DNA of 61,625 nt, counting the filler, from Sanchytrium tribonematis (Eukaryota), in assembly GCA_018985235.1 (NCBI GenBank). It is 10 parts of 10 records of this genome, joined end to end, with 100 filler letters (N's around TTAATTAATTAA, not from the genome) between each part and the next. Parts side by side here need not be neighbours in the genome. Positions count along the whole stretch, not along the records: positions 28,281 to 32,401 come from JADGIG010000759.1; positions 32,502 to 36,603 come from JADGIG010000760.1; positions 36,704 to 40,802 come from JADGIG010000761.1; 7 more parts are not named here. One strand, 5' to 3'. Below are positions 29,302 through 40,902 of the stretch, piece after piece. Position 1 is the first letter of the stretch, and each line of letters opens with the position of its first letter. The position numbers were made by a program, and so were the translations under genes. The notes below the pieces were generated by a model. The model was not told the origin of the DNA and searched no databases. It saw only the letters and a program-made list of their open reading frames with translations.

Positions 29302-32058
29302 ATGGCATATGATTTTAACTCACTGATTAATAAATATAAACATATTGATGGCATGCCATCCACAATCAACCCTGTGAGAATTGAATTAAAAGACAATGCG
29401 AATCTAACCAAATTAAGACAGAAACCATATAAATGTAATGATGTGGCTGCACTAGAATGGAAATTACAGACCATGTCAAATAGTAATATCATTAGAAAAG
29501 GGATAAGCGAAATCTGTTCGCCCATGTACCTAATTCCCAAGAGTAAAGGAAATTGGAGGCCTGTTTGCGACTATAGGCTACTAAATGCAATGACTAAACA
29601 TGTTGGGTTTCCAATGCCGTTACTAATGGATCAGTTGCAAAGATTTCTTGGAAATCATTATTTCTCCAAGTTTGACCAGAAGAATGGATTTTTTAATCTG
29701 GCAGTTAGTGAAATAACAAGCATATGTACCACCCTGGGTCAGTTCCTAATGCTAAGACTTGGTCAGGGATTGAAACAGAGCATGGGCATATTTGCCTATG
29801 AAATTGGAAATGCCTTTGTTGAAATTCCCAATAAAGCAGTATTTGTGGATGATATTGTATTGATGGATGCTGATTTGCCTAATCATTATGTCAGTGTAAA
29901 AAAATTCATAGATATTGCAACTGAAAAGAACATAAATATAAATTGGGAAAAATCCACTCTGGCACAGACTAGTGTGACATTCTGTGGGTTTGATATTGAT
30001 TCAGAGGGATATAAATGTAGATCAGGCTACTTGATACAGTTGAAAGATGTCAAATCACCTACTACGAGAAGAGAATGCCAAAAAATATTGGGAATGTTGT
30101 CATGGGTGCGTGGGTTCGTGATAAACTTTGAAGATATCATCGCACCAGTCAGACTAGCAGGTGCTCGCAAACCATTCTACTGGGATGATCAGGCTGAATA
30201 TGCATTTAAATGGGTGATTGAACTGTTGGAAAACACCAAATTGTCTTATTTTGATCAGGGACCATATGATTTGTATACTGACGCAAGTGGTCTTGCCATC
30301 GGGTGCACCTTGTATCAGAATGGGAGATTAATTGGGTTGTTCTCTAAAGCATTGGATAAATCGGAGAGAAATTACACCATCCATGAGAAGGAGATGTACG
30401 CAATTGAGAAGGGAATAGAGAAATATGGTAAGTATGTTGGATCTAATCTCATTAGAATTCACTGTGACTCGGAATCGGCTGGTTGGTTTGTGAGGGGCTA
30501 TGGTAGCAAATTGACAAATAAAGTAAAGAATTGGATAGACATTGTTCAACCCTACAACATTCAATATGTGGCAATAGATGGAAAGGCAAATGGACAAGCT
30601 GATCTGCTGTCGAGATTGCCAGTTGAAATCAATCATTATCAAACAAGGAGCAAAGCAAGAAAATTGAATGAAGATCGATTGGATGTGATTCCCATCGATG
30701 ATGACGAAGACGAAAGATCTAGAAAGATTCCGGCACCAATGGACAACATTGAAACACTCCAGCCGGATGTTACAGCATGTATTTGTAATGAGAATATAGA
30801 AAGAGACATCATGGTGTTCTGTTCTGAGTGTGACAGGCTCAGCCATCAGGATTGCTATGGTCTAACAGAAAATGATTTGAATAATGATTTTATTTGCCAC
30901 TTTTGCCGTGGATTCACTGCACATCAAGAATTACCAACAGGAGATTTTCAGCAAGGAGCCAGAGCATCTCAATCGGAAGTACACAGTCTACTATCATTGG
31001 CCCACAAATATCATGCTGCAATTGGTCCAATGAGATTATTATTGAGTAATTATCATTTTAAAAGCAAGGATAAATTGATCATTAAATTTGTGAATGATTG
31101 CGAATATTGCAAAGAAAAACGACGTCCCAAGATGGTACAGATGAAGTTTAGAATGCCCCAAGGTGTGAATGATATTGTAGGCATTGATCTAATGGAAATC
31201 GACGAAGATGAATTCCGATACATTTGTGTAATTAGAGACATGTTCTCTGGTTGTGTACTTCTGCATCCGATGATGAACAAGACTGCCAAAGAAACATGCA
31301 TTGGATTAATCAAGTACTGCTCAAAATGGGGATTTCCATCCCTTATTGTATCGGATGAAGGTTCTGAATATTTGGGTGAATTTGCCGCATTCATAGAAAA
31401 AGAATATATTAGATTGGAGAAGAGTCATCCAGATGTAAAGAAAGAAAATAGAGTAGCGGAGAGAGCCATACAAACTGTGCAGGGAGTAATGCGTGTAATT
31501 CGCAAGGAGTATCCAAATGAAGATTTTCAATTCCATGTGGCATTGTGTGAATTATACATCAATAACACTCCACGTACAACTACCACCTTTTCTCCTATTG
31601 AATTGATGACACTTCAAGCTACAAATATCACGAATGAGAAAGAATATTTGTCAGATACAATTCGTAGTCATGTTCAAGTCCAATTATCCAAAATAAAGGA
31701 CAAACAGATGACTAAGAGAAATCGCGGGTTGAGAAATGATGAGGAATATCAAGTGGGAGACCCAGTGTGGTTTTATCCATCAACAAATAGAAAGAAATTA
31801 CAGCAATTGGCTTACTTAGCAACAATTGTAAGAGTAATTAGAGATAAGCAATATGATTTGGTTGTAGATGGTGAAGAAGAGAAGACATTTAGAGCACATG
31901 CGGACCAATTACTGCCATTCACAAATGATTTGGCAACAGGGGATTGTGATATTGAGAATGTAGAAGTGATTGCAAATCATTTGCATCATTTAAAGGCACG
32001 TGGTCAATTCTCATTGGTGGGAAACACGTGCTGGAACACAAAGAAATTTGACAAATAA
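29302..32058 (+). CDS. pol: Pol: RT, RNase H, PHD finger, integrase
   Basis: WRPVCDYRLLN, FVDD; YTDAS, EKE, ADLLSR; CIC..CSEC..HQDC..CHFC; H-H-C-C, IDL, SDEGSEY, AER. Confidence 0.93.
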   Translation: MAYDFNSLINKYKHIDGMPSTINPVRIELKDNANLTKLRQKPYKCNDVAALEWKLQTMSNSNIIRKGISEICSPMYLIPKSKGNWRPVCDYRLLNAMTKHVGFPMPLLMDQLQRFLGNHYFSKFDQKNGFFNLAVSEITSICTTLGQFLMLRLGQGLKQSMGIFAYEIGNAFVEIPNKAVFVDDIVLMDADLPNHYVSVKKFIDIATEKNININWEKSTLAQTSVTFCGFDIDSEGYKCRSGYLIQLKDVKSPTTRRECQKILGMLSWVRGFVINFEDIIAPVRLAGARKPFYWDDQAEYAFKWVIELLENTKLSYFDQGPYDLYTDASGLAIGCTLYQNGRLIGLFSKALDKSERNYTIHEKEMYAIEKGIEKYGKYVGSNLIRIHCDSESAGWFVRGYGSKLTNKVKNWIDIVQPYNIQYVAIDGKANGQADLLSRLPVEINHYQTRSKARKLNEDRLDVIPIDDDEDERSRKIPAPMDNIETLQPDVTACICNENIERDIMVFCSECDRLSHQDCYGLTENDLNNDFICHFCRGFTAHQELPTGDFQQGARASQSEVHSLLSLAHKYHAAIGPMRLLLSNYHFKSKDKLIIKFVNDCEYCKEKRRPKMVQMKFRMPQGVNDIVGIDLMEIDEDEFRYICVIRDMFSGCVLLHPMMNKTAKETCIGLIKYCSKWGFPSLIVSDEGSEYLGEFAAFIEKEYIRLEKSHPDVKKENRVAERAIQTVQGVMRVIRKEYPNEDFQFHVALCELYINNTPRTTTTFSPIELMTLQATNITNEKEYLSDTIRSHVQVQLSKIKDKQMTKRNRGLRNDEEYQVGDPVWFYPSTNRKKLQQLAYLATIVRVIRDKQYDLVVDGEEEKTFRAHADQLLPFTNDLATGDCDIENVEVIANHLHHLKARGQFSLVGNTCWNTKKFDK

Positions 32059-32340
32059 ATGAATGACCTGGTTTTTTAATGCAAAATTGACTTGTTCCCA
32101 ATCCTCTTTTAACCATTTATAAATATTTTTTTTGACTTTAGTTCGTACGAATTGGTTTGTCAATCTGGAAAGATGCATTGCTAATTTCAATAATTGTCGG
32201 TGGTCAGTAACCTGATCTGTCGTTGAAGAGAATGAATGAGACTTACTAATTGCGTTTAATGGCATGACTTTTATTTTGCCAAACGACGAAGATGAATGTG
32301 TTGGGACAGTCAAGAACAACGATAGAAATAAAATCAACAT
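32011..32340 (-). CDS. Hypothetical small secreted protein
   Basis: Signal MLILFLSLFLTVP; TATAA upstream. Confidence 0.5.
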   Translation of the reverse strand: MLILFLSLFLTVPTHSSSSFGKIKVMPLNAISKSHSFSSTTDQVTDHRQLLKLAMHLSRLTNQFVRTKVKKNIYKWLKEDWEQVNFALKNQVIHLFVKFLCVPARVSHQ

Positions 32341-32501
32341 AGAAATCTGGGGTGATCTTCACTTATAAAGGCATTATTGCGTCATTTGGCTGTATATTTA
32401 GNNNNNNNNNNNNNNNNNNNNNNNNNNNNNNNNNNNNNNNNNNNNTTAATTAATTAANNNNNNNNNNNNNNNNNNNNNNNNNNNNNNNNNNNNNNNNNNN
32501 N

Positions 32502-33006
32502 ACAGGAAATATACAAAAAGGTAAATACTTCGACTTGTGCTGCCAGTAGTGAAGCAGGTTTAAGAGCGAATCAACTCGATGGATACTGCAAAGCTTTAAA
32601 CACAACAAATTGTATTACCCTGGAGGAAAATCGTGTTGGTAATTGTGGTTTTCTGACTACAGATGATATTTGTAGGAAATGTGATACGGCGGACCAAGAT
32701 TTATGTACAGCAGCTGGCTATGATAGCCTATTGCATACCCAAAATGCTACACAAAAAGGACTAGCAATATTTGGTATATGTTTGGGGGTTTTGATCGCAC
32801 TTGTAGTTATCTGTTGTCCAATATACCTTCGATGGAAACGGAGAGGTAACGTTGGCACAAAATACGATGACATTTCCTTTCTTAGCAGCACTGACATGAC
32901 TGAGTCAAATAGCAGGAAGCAAAATATATTTGACTTCGAACGAAATAGATTTTCTTCGACTTTTATGAACCAAAAATCGACATTATGGGATCGACCAAAT
33001 AATTAG
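32502..33006 (+). CDS. Cys-rich single-pass membrane protein, 5'-truncated
   Basis: Frame open from the contig edge; TM GLAIFGICLGVLIALVVICCPIYL plus RWKRR. Confidence 0.6.
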
Positions 33007-33065
33007 CATTTAAATTAAGCAATATGCAAATAAATAAGTATATTATGTATTGGTAGGGTCAAACT

Positions 33066-33692
33066 ATGCTTACTTTGATAGTGGAGCATTTTGATGAGAT
33101 CTCAGATTGGTCCACTGTGGAATACGACCATTTAAGCTACCATTGCAAATTAAATAATGTAAATTTTATAATAACAAATTACAAAGGCGAAATTAATGAT
33201 GCAAAATGTTATTCAGAGTCGATAATTTTAATGCATAAAAAATTAAATTTTGAGGCTATAATTCTAGCAGATTTATACGGCCAGACTTCTTTGGAAGCAG
33301 AAACTAAGAACCACAATCCAAATGAAAATGTCGCAATAATTATTGGCGGAATGTTGGGTTGTGATCCTCCAGTTGATAGAGAGGGTCCATTAAGAGAGAT
33401 CCCTGGAATAATATGTTGCTCCATGACAAATTTACATTTACCGACTGATGTTGCTGGTATATGTGCAATCAAATTGATGGTGAATCAATTAAGTATGGCA
33501 CAATTGGAAAATGAATTAGTCTTTCCGCTAAATTTTAACATATCAAAATTTGAGGAACACAATTTACCATTTGCGTATTTTAAACTCGAATCCTTTGCCT
33601 ATCCTTTGTCAAAATCAGAATTTGTTGCCACTACAAATAACTCTAAAATTGTTTTTGGCAAAGGACTGAAGTCAGTTATCAAGAATTTGTAA
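33066..33692 (+). CDS. SFM1: SFM1-like SPOUT protein-arginine methyltransferase
   Basis: IVEH..WS..EY; GGMLGCDPPVDR..L; LPTDVA. Confidence 0.7.
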   Translation: MLTLIVEHFDEISDWSTVEYDHLSYHCKLNNVNFIITNYKGEINDAKCYSESIILMHKKLNFEAIILADLYGQTSLEAETKNHNPNENVAIIIGGMLGCDPPVDREGPLREIPGIICCSMTNLHLPTDVAGICAIKLMVNQLSMAQLENELVFPLNFNISKFEEHNLPFAYFKLESFAYPLSKSEFVATTNNSKIVFGKGLKSVIKNL

Positions 33693-33717
33693 TAAACCAT
33701 TTATTTGATAACAATCA

Positions 33718-35647
33718 TTATTCTCGCAACCATGAATCTGGTAATTCAGTTTGCTGTATACCCGCTAGACCAAAAACTGAATTGAATAATCCGCCAATTC
33801 CTTCGCCAGCTAGTAAACCAGATGCTAGTGAAAACATTAATAATTCGTGACTTTTGGGAGATCTTTTTTGCCAAACATATGAAAATATGGTACCAAATAA
33901 CATGCAAGTCGCATAAGATGCACTTGTATTGATTAAAGCAACACCGATGCTAGACCAATTTGGCATCCATCCAACGTACTTTTTGGGTATCACTTTCTTC
34001 TCTATAAATGCACAAACAACAATAAGTACAACTAGAATGTAACATGTTGTGACTGAAGACTTCGGTATTTTTGACAGTCCATCATCACTGGTAAGAGCCT
34101 CAGTGATGGCTCTCCAAGCAATAGCTGGTGTGTTGGGTATGTTTAATCTCGTACACTCATCAATTCCATCTGGTTCCAAAATACAAGGGTACTGAAGGAC
34201 CATTAAATAAAAGAAAGCCACAGTAGTTACGACAGAGAAGACACTGCCGAAAAACTGTCCCAAAAATTGTGATTTGGGACTGGCTCCAACTAAATGCCCT
34301 ACTCTCAAGTCTCCAATAAGGTCTGAAGCATGCGATGCACTTCCTAAATAAATTTAAATTACCTGCTGTAACCATAGCTGCAGTGACTGACGTAGATTGT
34401 TGAATCAACTTGGATTCTTGTGGAATGACGCTGAAAGCAAACTGAGAGACTTTTGCAACTGTTCCAACAGGATTGATGTCAGTAACGGCAGATGCCTGTA
34501 CCCCGATAAATGCCATTATGAACCCTAAAAATACAGCCAATAATGATTCACCATATCCAACATAAAAATAATATTTTAAAACAATTGCAGAATAAATAGT
34601 TGCAACGATACCACCACCCATCCACCACAATGTAGGTACTTGGTGCTCAGGAGGCGCAGGGTCTTCAATTACCTTTTTACTATCTGGGTCTTTGCGGTTG
34701 GCATCCATGACTGACCTTATAATTGCTGGAACTTCGAAGGCTAAATCAGCAAATGAACTGACTATCATCGCTGTGATTCCGGGCCAAAGCATCCATAATT
34801 GCACTGATGGCTTATTCAAGTTAAGACCACCAACTTTAACAACAATACCTTCATCATATAAGTATCTTCCTAAAATAGTCCAGAAAAATACTTGCCCAAA
34901 GAAAAACCAGAAACTTGTGGAAGGTCCCATCATCATTCCAGCACCAAAAAAGGCAAAGGAAAACGTAAGAGCAAATCCAGTCAAATCTAACCAGTCAAAT
35001 GCTATACTTAACCCAGTGAATGAATCACCCCAAGTTTCTACAAATCGAGATATATATAGATTTACATACAGATCCCTCATATATGGTACAAAATATGCTA
35101 ATACAATCCAAACGAATGCAAATATTGAACTCCACAACAACCATTTAAATTGTTTTGCACCTGTTGCTGTATCTCCATCTAAATGAAAGTTTTTAATACA
35201 AGAAGCTGCAGCTGTAGGAGTCGGGAACGGTAGGTGCGCTTGTTTAATTACGAACCACTTTCTTAAAGGCATTGTAAAAAATATACCAAAGAAAGCCGTT
35301 GTTGTCGCCCAAAGAGTAATTCTCCAGAAGTCGTCCTTAATTTTTGTGTGATCAAAGATTCCCATTTGATACATAGCTGGTAAACCATTTACAAATCCCG
35401 CAGATGTCAATCCACCAGCAGCAGTTGCAGCCGAACTGAGCGTTGCATGCTCGAAAATGTTAAATTTTGGCCCACCTGTGACTCTAGCTATCCAAACCAT
35501 GACAGGATATCCGAAAATAGCAGCGAAAATGGTCGCGCCGAATGACCAGCCAACCTTGAATCCAAAGTACATATTGCTGGCACAAATGATGGATCCCAAA
35601 AGACACCCCACGATAGCTGCTCTCAATGAAAAATGTTGCTCTTGCAT
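33718..35647 (-). CDS. OPT/YSL oligopeptide transporter (intron 34344..34362)
   Basis: NMYFGFKVGW, LPFPTPTAAA, TDINP; spliced ASDLIGDLRVGHLVGASPKSQF; ASGLLAGEG. Confidence 0.92.
34344..34362 (-). other. 19-nt spliceosomal intron GTAATTTAAATTTATTTAG
   Basis: Joins the two OPT ORFs in frame at the conserved D..GD...GH motif. Confidence 0.92.
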
Positions 35648-35900
35648 TCACGAATAAACTGAGTTAGAACATTGCTCTGTATTTAAATAGTGTTGGCAAA
35701 TCAGGCGCTTTCAAAATCGCCTCATATCTCGCAATAGCGAAAGGCTATTGGTGTTTATTTGTCTTGAGATTCCATCATGAGTTGTATTTATGTGGTTCTT
35801 GATAAACGGATGGTTCTCTGTGACGACTTTGGATCTCTGGTAGGTGTTAAATTCAACGAGTCATGAATTCAAATCAGGCGAAGGAGGTTAAATTGAAAAT

Positions 35901-36603
35901 TTATTTGGATGAGTTATCATCTGCTGCAATTTTTGGATCCTCTCTCACATCATGAAGAAAAAACGCAAAGGATGACTTTCTCCGACCTTCAGGGTTGTCT
36001 TTTTTGTCGACTTTTCGGAGCCATTTTTTGGAGGTTTCTTTCCAGCTAGAATATCTTGCTCTGGTGTTATTTAGTACTTTTTCGGCTTCTGCTGGATAGG
36101 CCTGACAAATTTGATAATATACATCATATGTTATAGTGTATACATCACAATTGGTGTATGCTTTGTAGTCAAATTCGCAAGCTTGATTTAAAATCAGCAT
36201 GAACTCTCCTAAATAAAATCTTGATACCAAAATACGAATTCTCTACAAGAGATGACAACGAATGCTGCTGGTGCATAATATCAACTCTTCCTTGTATTAT
36301 AAAATATAATTCTTTTGTTAATTCGCCCTGGTGTACAATTATGGTGTCTTTGGTAAAATATTGAATCGTCAGGGAAAGAGAAAGCATTCTCCGAAAACTG
36401 GCTGAGCAATTCGCAAACATATCAGTTTGAATTATGGTCTGGTAGTTCATACTGACCGCCACATCAGCTCTAAACGATGTCGGTAAGTCGGCAAATACTT
36501 TTGAAACATCAATACCCTTACTTCGTTCCCATGAATAAAAATACCATGCAATAACTCTATCCTGAAGATCCTTAGGCAAATGATGATCATTCATGTAACT
36601 TTG
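35901..36603 (-). CDS. Cyclic-nucleotide-gated channel C-linker plus CNBD, 5'-truncated (intron 36209..36227)
   Basis: YM..HHLP..LQDRV..WY..W; LPTSFRADV; ELYFIIQGRV; spliced SYFGE. Confidence 0.85.
36209..36227 (-). other. 19-nt spliceosomal intron GTATCAAGATTTTATTTAG
   Basis: Removal restores the CNBD FGE motif. Confidence 0.9.
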
Positions 36604-36703
36604 NNNNNNNNNNNNNNNNNNNNNNNNNNNNNNNNNNNNNNNNNNNNTTAATTAATTAANNNNNNNNNNNNNNNNNNNNNNNNNNNNNNNNNNNNNNNNN
36701 NNN

Positions 36704-39700
36704 AACATAAAATCCAATCGTTCATTCGTCAGTTGAAGCATGATGAGGATTACAAAGCTGATTATCGTCACTGTCTTTATGGACTAGACGCTGACCTAAT
36801 AATGCTGGGTTTACTAAGTCATGAACCCAACTTTTCTCTTCTAAGAGAAGAGGTAACCTTTTCTTTTAAAAAGAAAAAGCAAACAAACATTTATCAACAG
36901 AAGTTTTTTTTGCTTCATTTATGTTTACTGCGAGAGTATCTAACCTTGGAATTTGATATAATTAAGCACAAGTGTCATGATCTTAATATTCCTTACCATC
37001 CTGATAAAATAGTTGACGATTATGTATTTTTGTGTTTGTTCATTGGAAATGATTTTTTACCGCATTTGCCGAATCTTCACATACACACTGGAGGATTGGA
37101 CTTTCTAATGGAGCTTTATAAAAATAATTTCAAAGGATTTCTTAATGAGTGCGGTAATCTGCAACTTCCATTGATCAGGGATTTATTCGAATTACTGAAG
37201 GAGTTCGAAATGGACAAATTTGTTGATCTACAAGATGATGAACAATATCTACACGGTAAAATGTCAGGAATGAAAATTGAAGCGACCAAAGTTCTTTACA
37301 AATCTCAACTACATTATTTGGAAATGGTTAAATCATTTTTATTTGAGTCCGAAGAGGATTCTCTCTATTTTCCACGATTGAATAAAAGGGATGAAGTCTT
37401 CCTGACGGCTTTGTGCTCTCAACTAAACCTTCCATTCATCAAAAATGTTTTGCACATGGACAATGATCTTCGAGACGATGAGGAGAACATCGATGCTCAG
37501 ACTCGAGTTATTTTACGATACGAAACTATGCCAGTTTTTGATGACAATGAATTTGATCGATTTGCAGAACAAGAAAAAAGTATGATTTCTAAGTTCGATC
37601 AATATAAAATTGATTATTACAGGGAAAAACTAGACAACGAATTTCATGAAAATGTAAATATGGAAATGGTGTCGAGTTACATGCAAGGTCTTCAATGGGT
37701 GATAAGATACTACTATGAAGGAGTCCCAAGTTGGTCTTGGTACTATCCGTATCATTACGCACCATTAATTCACGATATAATCAAATGTAGCATCGAATCG
37801 CATAAATTTGAGTCAGGAAGTCCTTTTACTCCTTTCGAACAACTGCTTTCTGTTATGCCATTGTACAATCAGTATTTATTGCCAAAGTGTTTGGGTGACC
37901 TTATGGAGCACCCTCAATTAAGCGAGTTTTATCCGTTGACTTTTAAAATAGATCTTAATGGTAAGAAAAACGATTGGGAGGCAATTGTGAAGATCCCTTT
38001 TCTTGATCAAAACGTTTTGCATGATTTGGTTAATTCTAAGATTCACCTATTAACACCAGAGGAATCAAAGCGAAATTCAATTGGAACTCATCACATATTC
38101 ACATTTTCTAATTCTACAAAATTTATTAAATCACCGAGTGAAGTATTTCCAGATATCAATGCAACTTGTGAACAAAAGGTATTTGATATGCCTTTTAGAA
38201 GTGAAACAAGTTTTAACAAATTTGCTGAACCAAAGTCATTACCTGGTTTTCCAACTCTTATGAATTTAGAATTTGAACATATTATTCAGCCTTATGAAGT
38301 CAATGTTTTTGGCTCTGCAAGCAGAAACGACTCCTTAGTGTTGATGATATCAGAAAATGAAGAGCCAATTGAGCAACTGAATCCACTTTTGGATCAAATC
38401 GCTCTCATTAATTGGCCAAATGTCAATATGGCGAAAATAGTCGGATTTAGCAATGGGAGCAAAACCGTTCTATCGGGAAGCACTTCAGACATGACTGAGG
38501 AGCAAATACAAATTTATGAAATGAAACTGACTCATTTGGAAGAATACTATAATAACTATGCTGTTGATATAGGGTTTACCACTGTATTGGCGCATGTCCT
38601 TCCGTTTGCAGGCATGAAGAGATTATTGAATGGTAGTATTGTTAGAGATTTCTCAGATCAAGTGGAATATTATCCATATCAGATGCTGATCACCAAGTTT
38701 GATATGGACCAACGATTCATTCCAATGAAAGCGCCCCCATTAGATGAATTATATCCACCTCAAACAAAGGCGATTTTTTTAATGGGAAATCCATATGGTC
38801 AAGTTTGTGAGGTACTTTCTACGACAACTGATAAAGTGAATGTTTGTATAACAATGAACAAGAATGAAGATTCATTTCCTGTTTTGCAGATCAAAGAGAT
38901 CAAATATTTTTCAAGCAAAGAAATTTGTAACAAACTAAAATGGCATCCATTAGCATTAAGTAAGATAACTAGCTATTATAGAGTCAAACAGAACGGAAAG
39001 AATATAAACATTGGTCTTAATATGAAATATTCTGGGAAAGGTTTAAAAGTGGCTAATTATACTCGATTTACTCAATTTTGGGAGTATAGTCAGTCATGTT
39101 ATGATGCATTAAGAGAATACCAGTTTAAATACCCTGTATTAATTAAGTATCTTAATGACAATTGTAAAGAGAACGATTTAGACGTATCTCAGTTAAATTT
39201 AGACGGACTTCAAGAATTTTTGAAGCAATATCATTTCGACAGTGTACCGACCCATTTTGAGCAGCTAACTGCGGTAATTAACTCTTATTTAGGACCAAAT
39301 CAAGTATGTCGAGACTACAATCACAAAGCACATGTCGACACTTGGCCAATTGATTTCATTAAACAGACCAAACATTCCAGCTATGTTCATTTTGCATCCT
39401 GAACAAGCAGAGTCCCGATTGACTCACCAAAAATTTAGACTATTAGATAGAGTAATGATTATTAAACACCCACTTTTAGGGCACAAAGCCACAGTAGTTG
39501 GTGTAAATGATATGATTGATGTTGTTTTGGATAAGGAGTATGCTAATGCTTCAGATTTAAATGGTAATTGCTCGAAATATAAGGGAATATCATTTACTAA
39601 TTTTGAAATTATCAACTTGACAATGCAGCAACCATTTAAAAAACATGTGAACGCGAAATGGAAACAGGACGATATTGCCCACGTTAATGAGTTTAAAAAA

Positions 39701-39931
39701 GATTTGAAGAAGCATCAGTATAAAGCGATACACTCAAATAAGGTTAAAGAAGGTATAACCTACAGTAAGGTCATTGAAAAACCAAAATCAATGTCAAATG
39801 AAGATAAGAATTTGGAAATCAAGAAATTATTAAATATTAAAGATGTGGCGCCAGCTCAAAAATCTACCAACCCAGGCACAGAATCAAAAGAAGACGCTTT
39901 GAAAAAAATCCTAGGCATCACAAAAGAGTAA
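36704..39931 (+). CDS. XRN1: 5'-3' exoribonuclease 1, 5'-truncated (intron 39274..39292)
   Basis: HCLYGLDADLIMLGL, GNDFLPHLP, WYYPYHYAP, C-terminal KOW/SH3-like region. Confidence 0.95.
39274..39292 (+). other. 19-nt spliceosomal intron GTAATTAACTCTTATTTAG
   Basis: Joins the 889-aa and 199-aa ORFs in frame. Confidence 0.9.
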
Positions 39932-40034
39932 ATTTAATTTGTGTCCAATCAAATATTCTGGTACCAGGCCCAAGGTTTTTGTGAAATTTGTGTACAAAAA
40001 TCTCTGATAAAATCATCATTCTTCCATAAAGGTA

Positions 40035-40772
40035 ATGATCTTGCAACTAAATTTATTTGCCTTCCCTCTCCCACAGTCTGCTGCACTTGCAAATAAGGTT
40101 GAACTGAAGACTAACCTCAGCGAACAGCCTCTTCCTTCAAGTGTTCCAGTCGATAAAAACGGCATAATTTTGAAGCCAGAAGTTCCTGATTTAGGACCTG
40201 CCACCGTGTCTTCAGTACCGTTTACGGCTGAAGGGGTATCGGCAACTGCTTCAGAAAAAGGCGTGGAGGATCCGAATAAGCCACAAGATATACAAACTCA
40301 AGCGCAAATTCCAGAGGCCCCTGTATTGGATTCTGTTACTTTAAATGCCGAAGGGGGTACTAGCAAGGCAACAACTGATGTAACCGGACTGGGTGATAAT
40401 GCAAGCCCGCAGCAGAATCAGGGATTCAGTGGAAGTCAGTCGAACGAGCCCGTGGTTGTGCAAAATGTCAACTCAATTGTTGCGACAGGTTCTAATCAAA
40501 ATACGACAGGATTCGAAGATAAAAGTCTTCAGCTTCGTGGTGATCCTCAAGATATCCCACCCACCTTATCAGAAATTCCGCAATCGCTGCCAGATTTTGG
40601 TACTGATTTGCACGGCACTGGTCCTAAAACTGCCGATGGACCAAATAATGCACCTGAAGCAATTTCACCTAATGCTCAAGCAGATGGAGCGAATTCACAA
40701 GAAACTTCAATTGGAGATAATAACGCTTCAACAGTTTCAAATGACGCTAACGGTGATCAAACTAATTCTTAA
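40035..40772 (+). CDS. Secreted acidic low-complexity protein
   Basis: MILQLNLFAFPLP signal-like; rich in Pro/Ser/Gln/Asn. Confidence 0.6.
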   Translation: MILQLNLFAFPLPQSAALANKVELKTNLSEQPLPSSVPVDKNGIILKPEVPDLGPATVSSVPFTAEGVSATASEKGVEDPNKPQDIQTQAQIPEAPVLDSVTLNAEGGTSKATTDVTGLGDNASPQQNQGFSGSQSNEPVVVQNVNSIVATGSNQNTTGFEDKSLQLRGDPQDIPPTLSEIPQSLPDFGTDLHGTGPKTADGPNNAPEAISPNAQADGANSQETSIGDNNASTVSNDANGDQTNS

Positions 40773-40902
40773 TAATAAATCAAAAATCTCAGTTCTGATT
40801 TANNNNNNNNNNNNNNNNNNNNNNNNNNNNNNNNNNNNNNNNNNNNTTAATTAATTAANNNNNNNNNNNNNNNNNNNNNNNNNNNNNNNNNNNNNNNNNN
40901 NN

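Larger units (their letters stand above)
28281..32058 (+). mobile_element. Ty3/Gypsy LTR retrotransposon internal region
   Basis: Domain order Gag-PR then RT-RH-(PHD)-IN; PPT-like AACAGGGGA followed by TGTG near 31935; paired LTRs not visible. Confidence 0.92.
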
